Source of the DNA: a candidate division WWE3 bacterium RIFCSPHIGHO2_01_FULL_40_23
GTDB lineage: Bacteria > Patescibacteriota > WWE3 > UBA101185 > 2-01-FULL-41-18
NCBI GenBank assembly: GCA_001772615.1
Contig: MEUZ01000001.1
Location: 120,623-184,622 of the forward strand
Reading direction: 5' to 3'
Length of the DNA: 64,000 nt
In this document: positions 26,820 through 36,239 of the stretch, piece after piece
Layout of the letters: every line of letters begins with the position of its first letter
How positions within the stretch are numbered: position 1 is the stretch's first letter
Program-made: the position numbers and the translations under genes
The notes under the pieces: generated by a model
Seen by the model: only the letters and a program-made list of their open reading frames with translations
Databases searched by the model: none
Told to the model about the DNA's origin: nothing

Positions 26820-26954
26820 CTTTTCTCCTTACATCTTTCTTGTCTTCATGCAGCGACATCAGAAAACAAGCCAATTGCCGCAGATATTCCAACATTGCTT
26901 TTTCATCAACCTCAACTTCGTGAACTTTTTTTAGTTGTGCAGTTAAATCCGCTT

Positions 26955-27218
26955 TCATACCTGCTCAGCGTTTATTCGCCCTTTCAAAAACTTGATGTTT
27001 GAAAAGTATTCCGAAGCCTCGACAAATAGGTCTTTCCTCCAAAACTTATCGGCAAGCTCCCGCACCTGGTCAGAATCCTCGAACAGGAAAACTGCCTTTT
27101 GTGGATTGACTGGGGATTTTTCTATACCTATTAACGGATGAAAGCACACAACTGCTGCTGCAAGTGCGATGTCATTTATTGTGAAGGGTTTTTGCTCATA
27201 AATCTTTTCTGGTCTCAT
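26955..27218 (-). CDS. hypothetical small protein
   Basis: ORF only. Confidence 0.3.
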   Translation of the reverse strand: MRPEKIYEQKPFTINDIALAAAVVCFHPLIGIEKSPVNPQKAVFLFEDSDQVRELADKFWRKDLFVEASEYFSNIKFLKGRINAEQV

Positions 27219-27365
27219 GGATTTATTGTAGAGAGACCTTGTTGTACAAAATGTGCGGAGTGTTTGAGAGTGTTCTTGATGAAAATGAGTTAGTGTTTAT
27301 AAAGGGGGAATAACAAAATTATGGTTGCAGTCAAACAGATCAAAAATGGTCAAGGAAAAGGCACT

Positions 27366-28439
27366 CTAAACAAAGGTAGCTTTTACTGTATTTCTTTTTT
27401 CATCGACAACAATGGCTAATCTACCTTTGAGTTTATTTCCTTTTTGCAGTTCCTTGTTGGCGTATTCGATTACCGACAGCATTGTTGTTGGGTTGCTTGC
27501 GGATTTTGATTTTTGTAGGTCTTTTTTATTTGCGATTACCTCAAAGACAGATGGGGTTGTTCTTTCTGCACCTAAAGCGTCAAAAGTAAAAGCAAGTAAC
27601 TTCCAATGTTTTGATGAAGCCTTTCCTATTTTGACTGGTTTGCTGCTTCCGTACTGCAAATAGCCGCATCCTTGTTTTTCAAATAACTTAGGTTTTCCCA
27701 GATAGGTGGACTTGGTTGTACCAAATACCCTTTTGAGTGTTGCAACATCGGTTACTTTTACATTTACAAAACAATGATCTGCGGGAAAGAACTCTATCTC
27801 CTCACCAATCGGTATGTTTCTTTCAAAATCCATTTCTTTTGCAGGTAACGGAAGTTTTCTAAAATCAAAAGCTATTTCCAGCAACTGTATCTTTTTCTCC
27901 TGTTCTAAGGCTCGTAGAACGGTCAGGAACGGGGCTTTCGTATCTGGGCTATCTTCTCTCCTCAGCTTTTGTGCCAACCCTGGATTGTCAAAATAAGTAC
28001 CTAAAATCTTTTCCGTTACCACAAACTCGTTACTGTGTTCTTTTTTTGTAATCTCGAATATAGTCTGAAACATACTTTTTTTGAGTCTTTCAAGTGCGTA
28101 AGAATCTACAGCTTCAAGGTCGTGAAGTTTTTCTGCGTATTTTTGCAGATTTTTCCAATCAATTTTTGCTGAGTACGAAGGCAATACTGCTTTGTTGATC
28201 TTCCTGAAACTTTTGAAAACCTTATTATTTCTCAGTTCGGTCAATGTTTCTTCGTTCTTAAATCCACATAATGAAACATCTTTTTTAACGAACTCGTCGT
28301 CGTTTGTGTTCCTCACATATACAAGTTTTCTTGTAGAATCTTTTGTGCCTTTGGAAAATAAATCCAGCAACTGCATTACAAGACTTACCTGATCATATAT
28401 TTTAATTTCTTCCCACAAAGGGGACACATCTAATCTCAT
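27366..28439 (-). CDS. hypothetical 357-aa island protein, no recognisable motif
   Basis: ORF only. Confidence 0.4.
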   Translation of the reverse strand: MRLDVSPLWEEIKIYDQVSLVMQLLDLFSKGTKDSTRKLVYVRNTNDDEFVKKDVSLCGFKNEETLTELRNNKVFKSFRKINKAVLPSYSAKIDWKNLQKYAEKLHDLEAVDSYALERLKKSMFQTIFEITKKEHSNEFVVTEKILGTYFDNPGLAQKLRREDSPDTKAPFLTVLRALEQEKKIQLLEIAFDFRKLPLPAKEMDFERNIPIGEEIEFFPADHCFVNVKVTDVATLKRVFGTTKSTYLGKPKLFEKQGCGYLQYGSSKPVKIGKASSKHWKLLAFTFDALGAERTTPSVFEVIANKKDLQKSKSASNPTTMLSVIEYANKELQKGNKLKGRLAIVVDEKRNTVKATFV

Positions 28440-28560
28440 ATAATCTAATATGCTGATTTTATCACCTACAGCCTGATCGTTCCTGGAAAATCCTTTTCAC
28501 AAGCGAGAACACCCCAGCTCGATTGCTGGGACTCCCAATGTCCAGAAGGCTACCGCAAAT

Positions 28561-28980
28561 TTACTTTATCTTGTTGTATCGAAACTTGACTTCAATACCT
28601 GACCTCGATGGTTCTGGTTTATCCGCCTCAGTAAAATAGTTTTTCAGCTTAAAAATAAACTCTAATGCTTTTAACTGGCTGTTGTGATCTGGTACTGCAA
28701 CCTGCTCTTTTGTTACTGGGTTGCGAATATACTTAACAGCGTCTAATGCTTCTTTGAGTTTCTCAAATAGCACATAATCAGGTAAATCCAACCTTTCATC
28801 ATAATTGTGCAGATGCAGAAGTATTGAGGGTTTTCTTATGTTTTGGCTTCCTATAACCGATGCTATGTGCCTGTCCTTAACATCCTTATATGCGATCAAT
28901 GCTGCTTCCGTTAAAGAACCAGTCTCAATATATTTTTCAACAAAGATACGCTGAGAAACCGTTAAACGCCTATTCATCAT
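28561..28980 (-). CDS. terminase small subunit-like HTH protein
   Basis: N-terminus LTVSQRIFVEKYIETGSLTEAALIAYKDVKDRHIASVIGSQNIRKPSI matches the characteristic TerS N-terminal HTH pattern (LTxKQxxFxxEY...TxAAxxAGYS). Confidence 0.5.
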   Translation of the reverse strand: MMNRRLTVSQRIFVEKYIETGSLTEAALIAYKDVKDRHIASVIGSQNIRKPSILLHLHNYDERLDLPDYVLFEKLKEALDAVKYIRNPVTKEQVAVPDHNSQLKALEFIFKLKNYFTEADKPEPSRSGIEVKFRYNKIK

Positions 28981-29211
28981 AAGAACAGCCTACAAAATCC
29001 AAGTAAGTTTGTAAAATAGTAAAGCAAAGTAAAGTAAACCTAATAAGCCATATCGAAATGACAACTGTTGGTTGCTGATGTATTATGCACCTATCCAAAA
29101 AACAAAAGATACAAACATTATCAGTCTTTGACACTATAGGGTATGTAATGATATAATGTTGTTATAATCGTTTGAAATCTATCCCACAATCCCAGATAAG
29201 GAGAACAAAAA

Positions 29212-29826
29212 ATGAGCAACAACTGTGGTCGTTGCGGTGCTGACCTTAGTCGTGGCGAGGTCACCATCTACGAAATCAAGGACAACGAATATGTCCCCAA
29301 GGAAGTTATCTGCCACAAATGTGCTGAAAACGACAGGCTGCTGTACTTCCAGAAGACTGGAACGCTGAATATCCGACTCATTACCTCGGCATTGCTTCAA
29401 CGGATGGACGAAGTTCGTGGACACACTGTTCCCAATCATGTGTTCGCCGTCCCCACCACCGAGAAACGGAAGATACTGCGTGCCAGGAAGGACATTGACA
29501 AGGCGGTCAAGGACTTTGAGCGGACTGTCTGGTTCGGTGGTCTTCAAGAGTACATCCAGAAAGCTGAATGGAAAGGTCATAGTGCAAACGCCTACGGCGT
29601 CAAGGTCATGGCGTATGCGATGGCTGGGCGTGTCATGATTACGATGGAAAAAGGAAATGCTACCGTCACCGTGATCACCGCCGAAGATGAAAAGCGTTCC
29701 GTGATGGGTCTTCAAAGCGTTGACGCCACTCTGTTCCAGGCTGTTCAATTGCTCAAGGAAGCTGCCCGCAACTACCAACACAAACGCTTGAAGTTCCAGC
29801 CCGATCAGCAAGTAAGCATCCTCTAA
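29212..29826 (+). CDS. zinc-ribbon (CxxC...CxxC) protein of unknown function; ~50% GC, a compositional outlier
   Basis: Strong SD (aaggagaacaaaaaATG). N-terminal CGRCGA...CHKC. The long antisense ORF 29179..29859 is attributed to the high GC content. Confidence 0.5.
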   Translation: MSNNCGRCGADLSRGEVTIYEIKDNEYVPKEVICHKCAENDRLLYFQKTGTLNIRLITSALLQRMDEVRGHTVPNHVFAVPTTEKRKILRARKDIDKAVKDFERTVWFGGLQEYIQKAEWKGHSANAYGVKVMAYAMAGRVMITMEKGNATVTVITAEDEKRSVMGLQSVDATLFQAVQLLKEAARNYQHKRLKFQPDQQVSIL

Positions 29827-29924
29827 CTGGTTAGCCGACATAGAATCGTTGGAAACCAAAGAACCGCCGTAAGGAAGTGTGAAAAAGATTTACTCACACA
29901 TCCCCAAGGCGGTTTTTGTTTGCC

Positions 29925-30242
29925 CTATTTACCTACATAATTTATAAAAAGATGGATACTCCACAAAGCCCAGGTTGCTATAACAACCACATCTATAAGA
30001 TTGCTTGCTGCTTTCAACTGTTGTTTATCGAATCCGTAATCCTTTATTTGAGAATCGAGGTAACCTCTTACCAACCATACTGTAATGTAAAAAACAACGG
30101 AAATTACCGCCATATTGTTAAACAAGTATGAAACTATTATTAAAGGAAGACCGATTATTTGAATCACATTAGGAACTTCCCTGTAAAAGAAATCCCAAAT
30201 ACCCAGTTCTTTATGAACATTATTCATATTCGGATTATACAA
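29925..30242 (-). CDS. hypothetical small 2-TM membrane protein
   Basis: Hydropathy only. Confidence 0.35.
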   Translation of the reverse strand: MYNPNMNNVHKELGIWDFFYREVPNVIQIIGLPLIIVSYLFNNMAVISVVFYITVWLVRGYLDSQIKDYGFDKQQLKAASNLIDVVVIATWALWSIHLFINYVGK

Positions 30243-30367
30243 TGTTCGGTTTTTAGGCGAATACTGGTATTAAACTTCGTATAAATACAACAATGGGGAG
30301 CCAGTAGAGCTATAGCTTTTTTATCCATTTGTTCAAATTTAATAATTAATATATCTTTGAAGAGGAG

Positions 30368-30769
30368 GTGCCAATGAAGACAATCGCATTAGCAATCGTA
30401 AAGAACCTCAAGGAAGAGGTTTTGATTATCAAGAGGAGAAAGGTAGAGAAAGGCTCTGGGGATGCAAAACTAACATATGCGTTTCCTGGTGGTACCGTCG
30501 AAGATGAAGAGAAAACCACAGCAACTGCTGTAAGGGAAGCTAAGGAAGAAACAGGCTATACAGTAATCGCAAGAAATATAATCTCTGAGCGCAACCACCC
30601 CCAATTCCCTGTTCGAGTTGTTTATGTGGTATGCCAACTGTCCTCAGAAGATCACTCACAGCCCGATGATGAAGAAGTGGTTGAGGTTCTTTGGGTAGCA
30701 GTCCTTAAGCTTTCGGAGTACTTCACTACAGATCTGGATCCCAAAGTCGCTTATTACCTTGGGATATAA
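30368..30769 (+). CDS. Nudix hydrolase
   Basis: Nudix box GGTVEDEEKTTATAVREAKEETGY (Gx5Ex7REUxEExGU). Followed by a 10-bp perfect hairpin at 30777..30803. Confidence 0.75.
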   Translation: MPMKTIALAIVKNLKEEVLIIKRRKVEKGSGDAKLTYAFPGGTVEDEEKTTATAVREAKEETGYTVIARNIISERNHPQFPVRVVYVVCQLSSEDHSQPDDEEVVEVLWVAVLKLSEYFTTDLDPKVAYYLGI

Positions 30770-30973
30770 GTTCGGAATTGATGTAGAGGCGACCTACATC
30801 AATTACTTAATTAAGTTGGTTCCAATTTCATTCAAAAATCCCTTGATATCGAATAAATCCCAGTCAAAGGTTCGAAAAGTGCCTCACTTAGCGAGCCAGT
30901 AAAATTTCCCTTTATATCAACATTTGTAAAATCACCTATAGTAGAGGTTAGAACTTGGTAATATAATGTCCTC

Positions 30974-31558
30974 ATGAAAACTCAAAACAAAATAGCACTA
31001 AAGGAGTTGTCACCAGAACAACGTGAAGAACTACTTAGAGTATTGAAAGCCCGTTTTGAGAAAAACATGAACCGCCACAAAGGTCTTGCATGGGCTAACA
31101 TACAAACAAAACTGGATCCGCCAGCTGGCGGAGAAAAACTGTGGTCACTCAATGAAATGGAGAAAACTTACGGTGAACCGGATGTTGTAGGTCTTAATAA
31201 AAAGACAGGCGAATACATTTTTTACGATTGTTCAGCGGAAAGTCCTAAAGGCCGCAGAAATGTTTGTTACGACCGTGAAGCGCTGGAGGCAAGAAAAGAA
31301 TTTAAACCAAAAGATAACACTATTGATATGGCAGTTGCCATGGGCATTGAGCTTTTAACTGAAGAACAATATAAAGAGTTGCAGAAACTTGGAAATTTCG
31401 ATACGAAAACGTCAAGTTGGATAAAAACACCTTCTGATATTAGAAACTTAGGCGGCGCCCTCTTTGCTGATCGCCGCTACGACAATGTCTTCGTGTATCA
31501 CAACGGTGCGGAATCTTACTATGCCGCTAGAGGGTTCCGTGGCTCGCTAAGGGTCTAA
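30974..31558 (+). CDS. hypothetical protein
   Basis: ORF only. Confidence 0.35.
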   Translation: MKTQNKIALKELSPEQREELLRVLKARFEKNMNRHKGLAWANIQTKLDPPAGGEKLWSLNEMEKTYGEPDVVGLNKKTGEYIFYDCSAESPKGRRNVCYDREALEARKEFKPKDNTIDMAVAMGIELLTEEQYKELQKLGNFDTKTSSWIKTPSDIRNLGGALFADRRYDNVFVYHNGAESYYAARGFRGSLRV

Positions 31559-31694
31559 ATTTTGCACAGACAGCCATTTGAGAAATTGATTGGCTATTTT
31601 GCTTTTTATATCAAACTTTTTCTAACTTCATCCGCTTGAGATTATAATTTTCATGTGAACCTCTACCTATTGCATTAACAACTTCTCTGATAAA

Positions 31695-32771
31695 ATGAAA
31701 GGAATGATAAAGCGAATACTAAGAACAGGATTGGGGATAGTTTTCCTTTTTGTTTTCTTGCTCTTTCTTCTGGTGGGCGCATTTAAGTTTAGGGTTCTTT
31801 CATCAAAGTTATGGAAGACGTCTCTAGAAAAAGGGGGCGTTTATCAACAACTGCAGGATCAGATTACAAAAATGCGAACGGGTCTGGAAGACGCAATAAG
31901 AAAGGAGAGTGGCGGGAAGGACCTACCGCCGGAAGTAGCAAAAGAGCTGGCACCATTTTTGTCTTTAGACAAAGTACTAAGTGCGGATCGTTTCAAAGAA
32001 CTGGCGGAGACAAATATCGACCGCTTATTTGATTACCTCAACGGGAAGGATAAGGATCTCATTTTATACCTGCCGGTAGCCGAGTGGGAATTACCGGTTC
32101 AGACTTTTGGGCAACCCGCACTCGCCAAACTGACAGCCCAAACTCCGGCAAAGGACGCTTTACCGCTGCTTGGAATCAAGCCGGAGCAGACAAAGCTAAC
32201 TATGGATGGGCTTGAGCAGGCGAGGACCATCGTAGGGTATTTGACACCGGCTTGGGTTATCTTGTTACTTCTGATGGTTGTAATGGGCTTGGGACATTAT
32301 TTTCTTGGGGTCGGACCGGCTGGCCGAATCAGCGGAACCGCGTGGTTAATAATGATTTCCGGTTTTACGGCGGCGCTGATCGGATTTAGCGCGGGCGGGA
32401 TTTTTGAGTTCATGGCAGCTAATTCACAACCGCCTATGCCTTCTTGGGGGATAGAGTTGGGAAAAAGCTTGGTTGAACAATTCTTTAACTTTGGGGCAAT
32501 GGTTGGTCTGGGAGCCGGTATTGCAGGGCTTGTAACAATCGTTGCGGTAATGTACTTCATCAAACAAGGAAAAATTAAACAGGAGAAGGAAGCAATAGGT
32601 ACTTTTAAAAAAATTCTTTCTTTTGTTATAGGAATCATATTAGGTTTCATGATACTGGTAGCCGCGCTTGTTGTGACAGGGGTAGCAATTGGCGGAAAAG
32701 TTAGCTTAAAAGCTAATGGAGGCTCCGTAGATACCGGTTCACAACCGGTGGAAGAAGACACCACCAAATAA
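31695..32771 (+). CDS. hypothetical polytopic membrane protein
   Basis: N-terminal TM, soluble middle section, C-terminal cluster of 4-5 TM helices. Confidence 0.45.
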   Translation: MKGMIKRILRTGLGIVFLFVFLLFLLVGAFKFRVLSSKLWKTSLEKGGVYQQLQDQITKMRTGLEDAIRKESGGKDLPPEVAKELAPFLSLDKVLSADRFKELAETNIDRLFDYLNGKDKDLILYLPVAEWELPVQTFGQPALAKLTAQTPAKDALPLLGIKPEQTKLTMDGLEQARTIVGYLTPAWVILLLLMVVMGLGHYFLGVGPAGRISGTAWLIMISGFTAALIGFSAGGIFEFMAANSQPPMPSWGIELGKSLVEQFFNFGAMVGLGAGIAGLVTIVAVMYFIKQGKIKQEKEAIGTFKKILSFVIGIILGFMILVAALVVTGVAIGGKVSLKANGGSVDTGSQPVEEDTTK

Positions 32772-32923
32772 CAATTGATCGTTTAGATTATTTATAAAAA
32801 CCCTATCTTCAAAAAATACTTATCTAAGCGTTTATATTACCAAGAGGAACATGGAGCCGGGAACCATGCGCACTCAATCATAGGAAAGACGCTGATCATA
32901 GAGAGTTTCCCAGCTGTGAGCTG

Positions 32924-32950
32924 TTGACACCCCACCAACTAATGTATACT
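32924..32950 (+). promoter_or_regulatory. sigma70-like promoter candidate: TTGACA-15 nt-TATACT, ending 6 nt before the ATG at 32957 (possible leaderless transcript)
   Basis: Consensus -35 and near-consensus -10. The spacer is short and there is no room for an SD. Confidence 0.3.
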
Positions 32951-32956
32951 TAATTC

Positions 32957-33547
32957 ATGAAGATCCTGCCAAGACGTTCTTATAGAGAACGCGGTTTTAC
33001 CAGTACCTATTTCGTCATCGCCGCAGCAGTTCTTCTAACAATTTTAGGCTTAGCTTATTTCTCATTTAAAAACAGTTCCAGGAAGGCGCAAGAAAATTCC
33101 AAATCTTCAAATTCAAATAAAGGAAGCCAAACGCAGGATCAACAGACAACTCAACCAACAAATACACCTGAACCATCAAAAGGTCCTAGCCCAAGCGGTA
33201 ACAATGACACACCAACTCCAATCGTAGATGTGAGCGGAAAATGGAGCGGAAGCTACACCATAAAATCACCTTCCGAGTGCACAAAATATAGTAGTGGGTG
33301 GAGTGCAACTCTTGCAGTAAAAGATAATAGTGTTAGTGGCAACGTAAGTTTGGATATAGGGCTAAGCGGCAGCGTTACCGGTTCCGTTTCCGGAAACAAC
33401 GTAAGCTGGAGTGGAAGCGTTAAAGGCGGGGCAGTTACATTTAGTGGAACTGTCAACGGTAATAACTTTAGCGGTTCATTTAAGGGTCCAAGCTGCACGG
33501 GCAAAGGTAAAGAGACAAGTGGAACATTTTCAGGAAGCAAACAATAA
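32957..33547 (+). CDS. membrane-anchored protein with Pro/Thr/Ser-rich linker and Gly/Ser/Asn-rich repeats
   Basis: N-terminal TM. Low-complexity repeats (SGSVTGSVSGNNVSWSGSV...). Confidence 0.45.
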   Translation: MKILPRRSYRERGFTSTYFVIAAAVLLTILGLAYFSFKNSSRKAQENSKSSNSNKGSQTQDQQTTQPTNTPEPSKGPSPSGNNDTPTPIVDVSGKWSGSYTIKSPSECTKYSSGWSATLAVKDNSVSGNVSLDIGLSGSVTGSVSGNNVSWSGSVKGGAVTFSGTVNGNNFSGSFKGPSCTGKGKETSGTFSGSKQ

Positions 33548-33550
33548 AGA

Positions 33551-34987
33551 ATGGAGACTCATATGAGTTTTTTTAAAAATACCAAGGTAATAGCAGGATT
33601 TGTTGCGCTTGTGGTTATTGCCGGTGTTGCCATCACTATCTTTTTGAAGTTACCAAAGACCTCAAATTATCAAGATCTTGCAAAAGATATCAACTTTATA
33701 CAAGAAAATACAGCAGAAGTTTTTGCTGCGCAGTCTTCGGGGGACGAATTTTTAGCAACAGGAAAAGCTAATATAGATTCTGAAATATTCATTAATGCTG
33801 TGAATAATAAGGCAGCAAATGTAATTACTAACCTAGCCACTCTTGATGTATCAGAGAAAGATACACTTTATGATTACAACTTGTCGCTAAAAGAATGGGC
33901 GACAGAAATATCCTCTGTACATGATATAAAAAACTGGGAAGCTACTTTTGAAGAACCTCGTCCCTTCACCATGAGTTTGACGAATGCCGAAGCGCAAGAA
34001 GCGCTTAAAGTAAGCATTGAAAAAATAGAAATACTTAAAGAATTTGGAGACGTTGCGATTATACAAAATGATAAAGAAACCCTGCGCTATATATCGGCTA
34101 AACTTATGGCACAGTTATACTGGCTTAAAGGCCTTGAAGCCTCAACTAATCAAAGCTTATTTAAACTTTCATACTCTAAAACAGCGTACGCAGCCTTTCT
34201 TCCTCATCCAAAAAGAACATGGCCCACAGTAAGAAGAAACGTTTGCTATAAAGGAGTTTGTATTACGGATTTTGTTAGATCAATTGAACCGGCTTCCAAA
34301 TTTGCCTGGAGCGCAAAAACTTATTCATACAAATACGGACCTGCAAGCACCAAAGAATGGCAGGATTCCTGGAAAGACGCAAAACCCTTAATAGAAAGTG
34401 CAGGAGGACAGGCATTGCCATGCTTTGGATGCGTTAGCGAGGGACAAAAAGAAGAAGCCAAATACTCGCCAAGCGTTCAATCTTTTTTTGATGAATGCTC
34501 GCAAAAGGGAGGAACCACCGGAGGTGGCGTTAAAGAAAGGCTTCCAACAACAGAAAGCGGATATAGCTGCAACTACCCGTCCGGTAAAAGTGCGTGTTGG
34601 GATCTTCTTACTTATTCAGGGGGAAGGTACATGGGAGGAAATCCAGGGTGCCCCGAGCAAAACCTTGTTCCCAAGGTCATTATCGTTGCACCAACAGAGG
34701 AAAAACCGGCGGTTGCCCCTCCAAAATCTAATACTGAAACCGGATGTAGTGATGACATAAAGGCACAATTAAAAGAAGCAGACGCGCTTGTGAAACAAGC
34801 TGAATCAGTAGTGCAACAATCTGAAAGTGTAGTTAATAGTTGCGTACCGCCTAAAACCGGTCCTAATTATTGCGCGACGCTTAAAGCGCAATGGCAAACA
34901 AGTAGGGCAACTTTAGATACAGCAAAAGCTGATTATGAAAAAGCTAAAGCAGATTACTTAAAAAAATGCGGTCAATTGCCACAATAA
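33551..34987 (+). CDS. membrane-anchored extracellular protein with a Cys-rich C-terminal region and a terminal coiled coil
   Basis: N-terminal TM. At least 12 Cys in the last 200 aa. Confidence 0.45.
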   Translation: METHMSFFKNTKVIAGFVALVVIAGVAITIFLKLPKTSNYQDLAKDINFIQENTAEVFAAQSSGDEFLATGKANIDSEIFINAVNNKAANVITNLATLDVSEKDTLYDYNLSLKEWATEISSVHDIKNWEATFEEPRPFTMSLTNAEAQEALKVSIEKIEILKEFGDVAIIQNDKETLRYISAKLMAQLYWLKGLEASTNQSLFKLSYSKTAYAAFLPHPKRTWPTVRRNVCYKGVCITDFVRSIEPASKFAWSAKTYSYKYGPASTKEWQDSWKDAKPLIESAGGQALPCFGCVSEGQKEEAKYSPSVQSFFDECSQKGGTTGGGVKERLPTTESGYSCNYPSGKSACWDLLTYSGGRYMGGNPGCPEQNLVPKVIIVAPTEEKPAVAPPKSNTETGCSDDIKAQLKEADALVKQAESVVQQSESVVNSCVPPKTGPNYCATLKAQWQTSRATLDTAKADYEKAKADYLKKCGQLPQ

Positions 34988-35108
34988 ACCATTTTGCTCT
35001 AGCTGGAAGGTTCTTTCCAAATCTGTATAACTGCTGTTCCTGGGATTGAAAAGTTTGACTGGGCGCCGGAATTGACAACTATAACTTTCCGGGTTCATAC
35101 TTAATCAA

Positions 35109-35744
35109 ATGTCCAAAGCACTTGCAAAAAAGCTTGGCTTCACTCTCCTTGCCGTTGTCATTATTGCCCTAGTAATATTCCGAGGCAGGATTTATGAAGG
35201 TCTTGGAACAAAATATCTCTGGGTTAAGGATCAGCAAGATGTAAAGGTTGATAAGAGTGACCCGGAGTGGCTTGATAAATACTGCAAGCTTGAAATTAGA
35301 AATCTCCCAAAGGTTCCTTTTGCAAACAAGGGACTTGAGAAAGATGTAAACGGAGAAGACGTACAAGAGTACGGCGTTCCGGACATTTCTCTCAAAAAAT
35401 TTATCCCGGAGGACAAATGGTTTGAAACAGAAGGTTGCGGTTTGTGGTACAAATACAGTGACGAAGAAGCATACCCATCGGTCGGCGTTGACTATGCTTT
35501 TCGCATAGACGTAGCAAACACTTTCACGGAAAATGTTGACACACTTATTACTGAAGCGATGGACAAGAGCTGGAAGAAGATATCTCCAATAAGCGATGAG
35601 GACGCAGGACGACCATTTACAATGTATGATGGCTTTCCCTTAATATTTACGCGCGAAAACAAGAAATTAAACACGGTAGAATACATGACGGCTGATTTTG
35701 GGGGAAGTACGTTTTTCATGAATTTCTACGTGTACGAAAAGTAA
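35109..35744 (+). CDS. membrane-anchored protein of an unknown family (paralog of 45274..45924)
   Basis: ~50% identity to the 216-aa protein at 45274..45924 (shared VDKSDP(E/N)WL..YC..E(I/V)(R/K)NLP, DEKW, W(Y/Y)(K/T), SVGV(D/E)Y, TDTL, SWKKISP, GRP, YDGFPL(I/V)FTREN, TVEY, VYEK). Confidence 0.55.
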   Translation: MSKALAKKLGFTLLAVVIIALVIFRGRIYEGLGTKYLWVKDQQDVKVDKSDPEWLDKYCKLEIRNLPKVPFANKGLEKDVNGEDVQEYGVPDISLKKFIPEDKWFETEGCGLWYKYSDEEAYPSVGVDYAFRIDVANTFTENVDTLITEAMDKSWKKISPISDEDAGRPFTMYDGFPLIFTRENKKLNTVEYMTADFGGSTFFMNFYVYEK

Positions 35745-35785
35745 CCTTTCCTTGAAAGCACCAAATCAGCAAAGGGGTTTAAAGT

Positions 35786-36151
35786 TCATTTCTTCCTAAG
35801 AGGCCGTTTGATAGCAAGGAGCGATTTTACATCATCTATGTCCCTATTCGTCTTTATTTCAAAAAATAGCCATTTACCATCGTGAAACTGTTTTGCCTTC
35901 TTAAATATGTCTTTAGCTTTCAAGCTAATATCAGCTTGTTGAACCTTTTCATTTAAGCTGGCACCAATAACAACCGTGACGGTATATACCCCATTCTTAG
36001 TTTCAATGTAGCATAAGGACTTTCCGCCTTTTCTAAAAAATATCGTCTTTTCTCCTTCTTTTGATTCTTTAGTTTTCTCTTCAGGAGAATAGGCAAACCT
36101 TATAAAATTTATTAAGCCAGTTATTAATTTTGTGGGATCCTCACTCTTCAC
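35786..36151 (-). CDS. hypothetical protein
   Basis: ORF only. Confidence 0.35.
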   Translation of the reverse strand: MKSEDPTKLITGLINFIRFAYSPEEKTKESKEGEKTIFFRKGGKSLCYIETKNGVYTVTVVIGASLNEKVQQADISLKAKDIFKKAKQFHDGKWLFFEIKTNRDIDDVKSLLAIKRPLRKK

Positions 36152-36239
36152 TTTTATATTATACTTTTACGCCACACCTACTATAATTTCATATTTCCTT
36201 AACTTAGTGTGAGATTGGTAACTAATTAGCCCACAAACC

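Larger units (their letters stand above)
23563..30300. mobile_element. putative integrated mobile/satellite-like island anchored at tRNA-Asn (tRNA, HEPN/MNT, tRNA 3'-end direct repeat, serine recombinase, unknowns, TerS-like, GC-rich cargo). The distal boundary is not defined.
   Basis: Rests on the tRNA plus 40-nt direct repeat, the recombinase, the phage-like TerS HTH and a run of ORFans. Confidence 0.4.

Noticed and set aside
29179-29859. 226-aa minus-strand ORF fully overlapping the zinc-ribbon gene
   Set aside because: It lies within a locally GC-rich segment where long stop-free antisense frames are expected by chance. The plus-strand ORF has a consensus SD and a plausible zinc-ribbon N-terminus.
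30830-30905. GGTTCGAA-containing stretch, considered as a possible third copy of the tRNA-Asn 3' end (distal att of the island)
   Set aside because: Only the 8-nt T-loop motif matches and the flanks diverge completely, so this is chance similarity.
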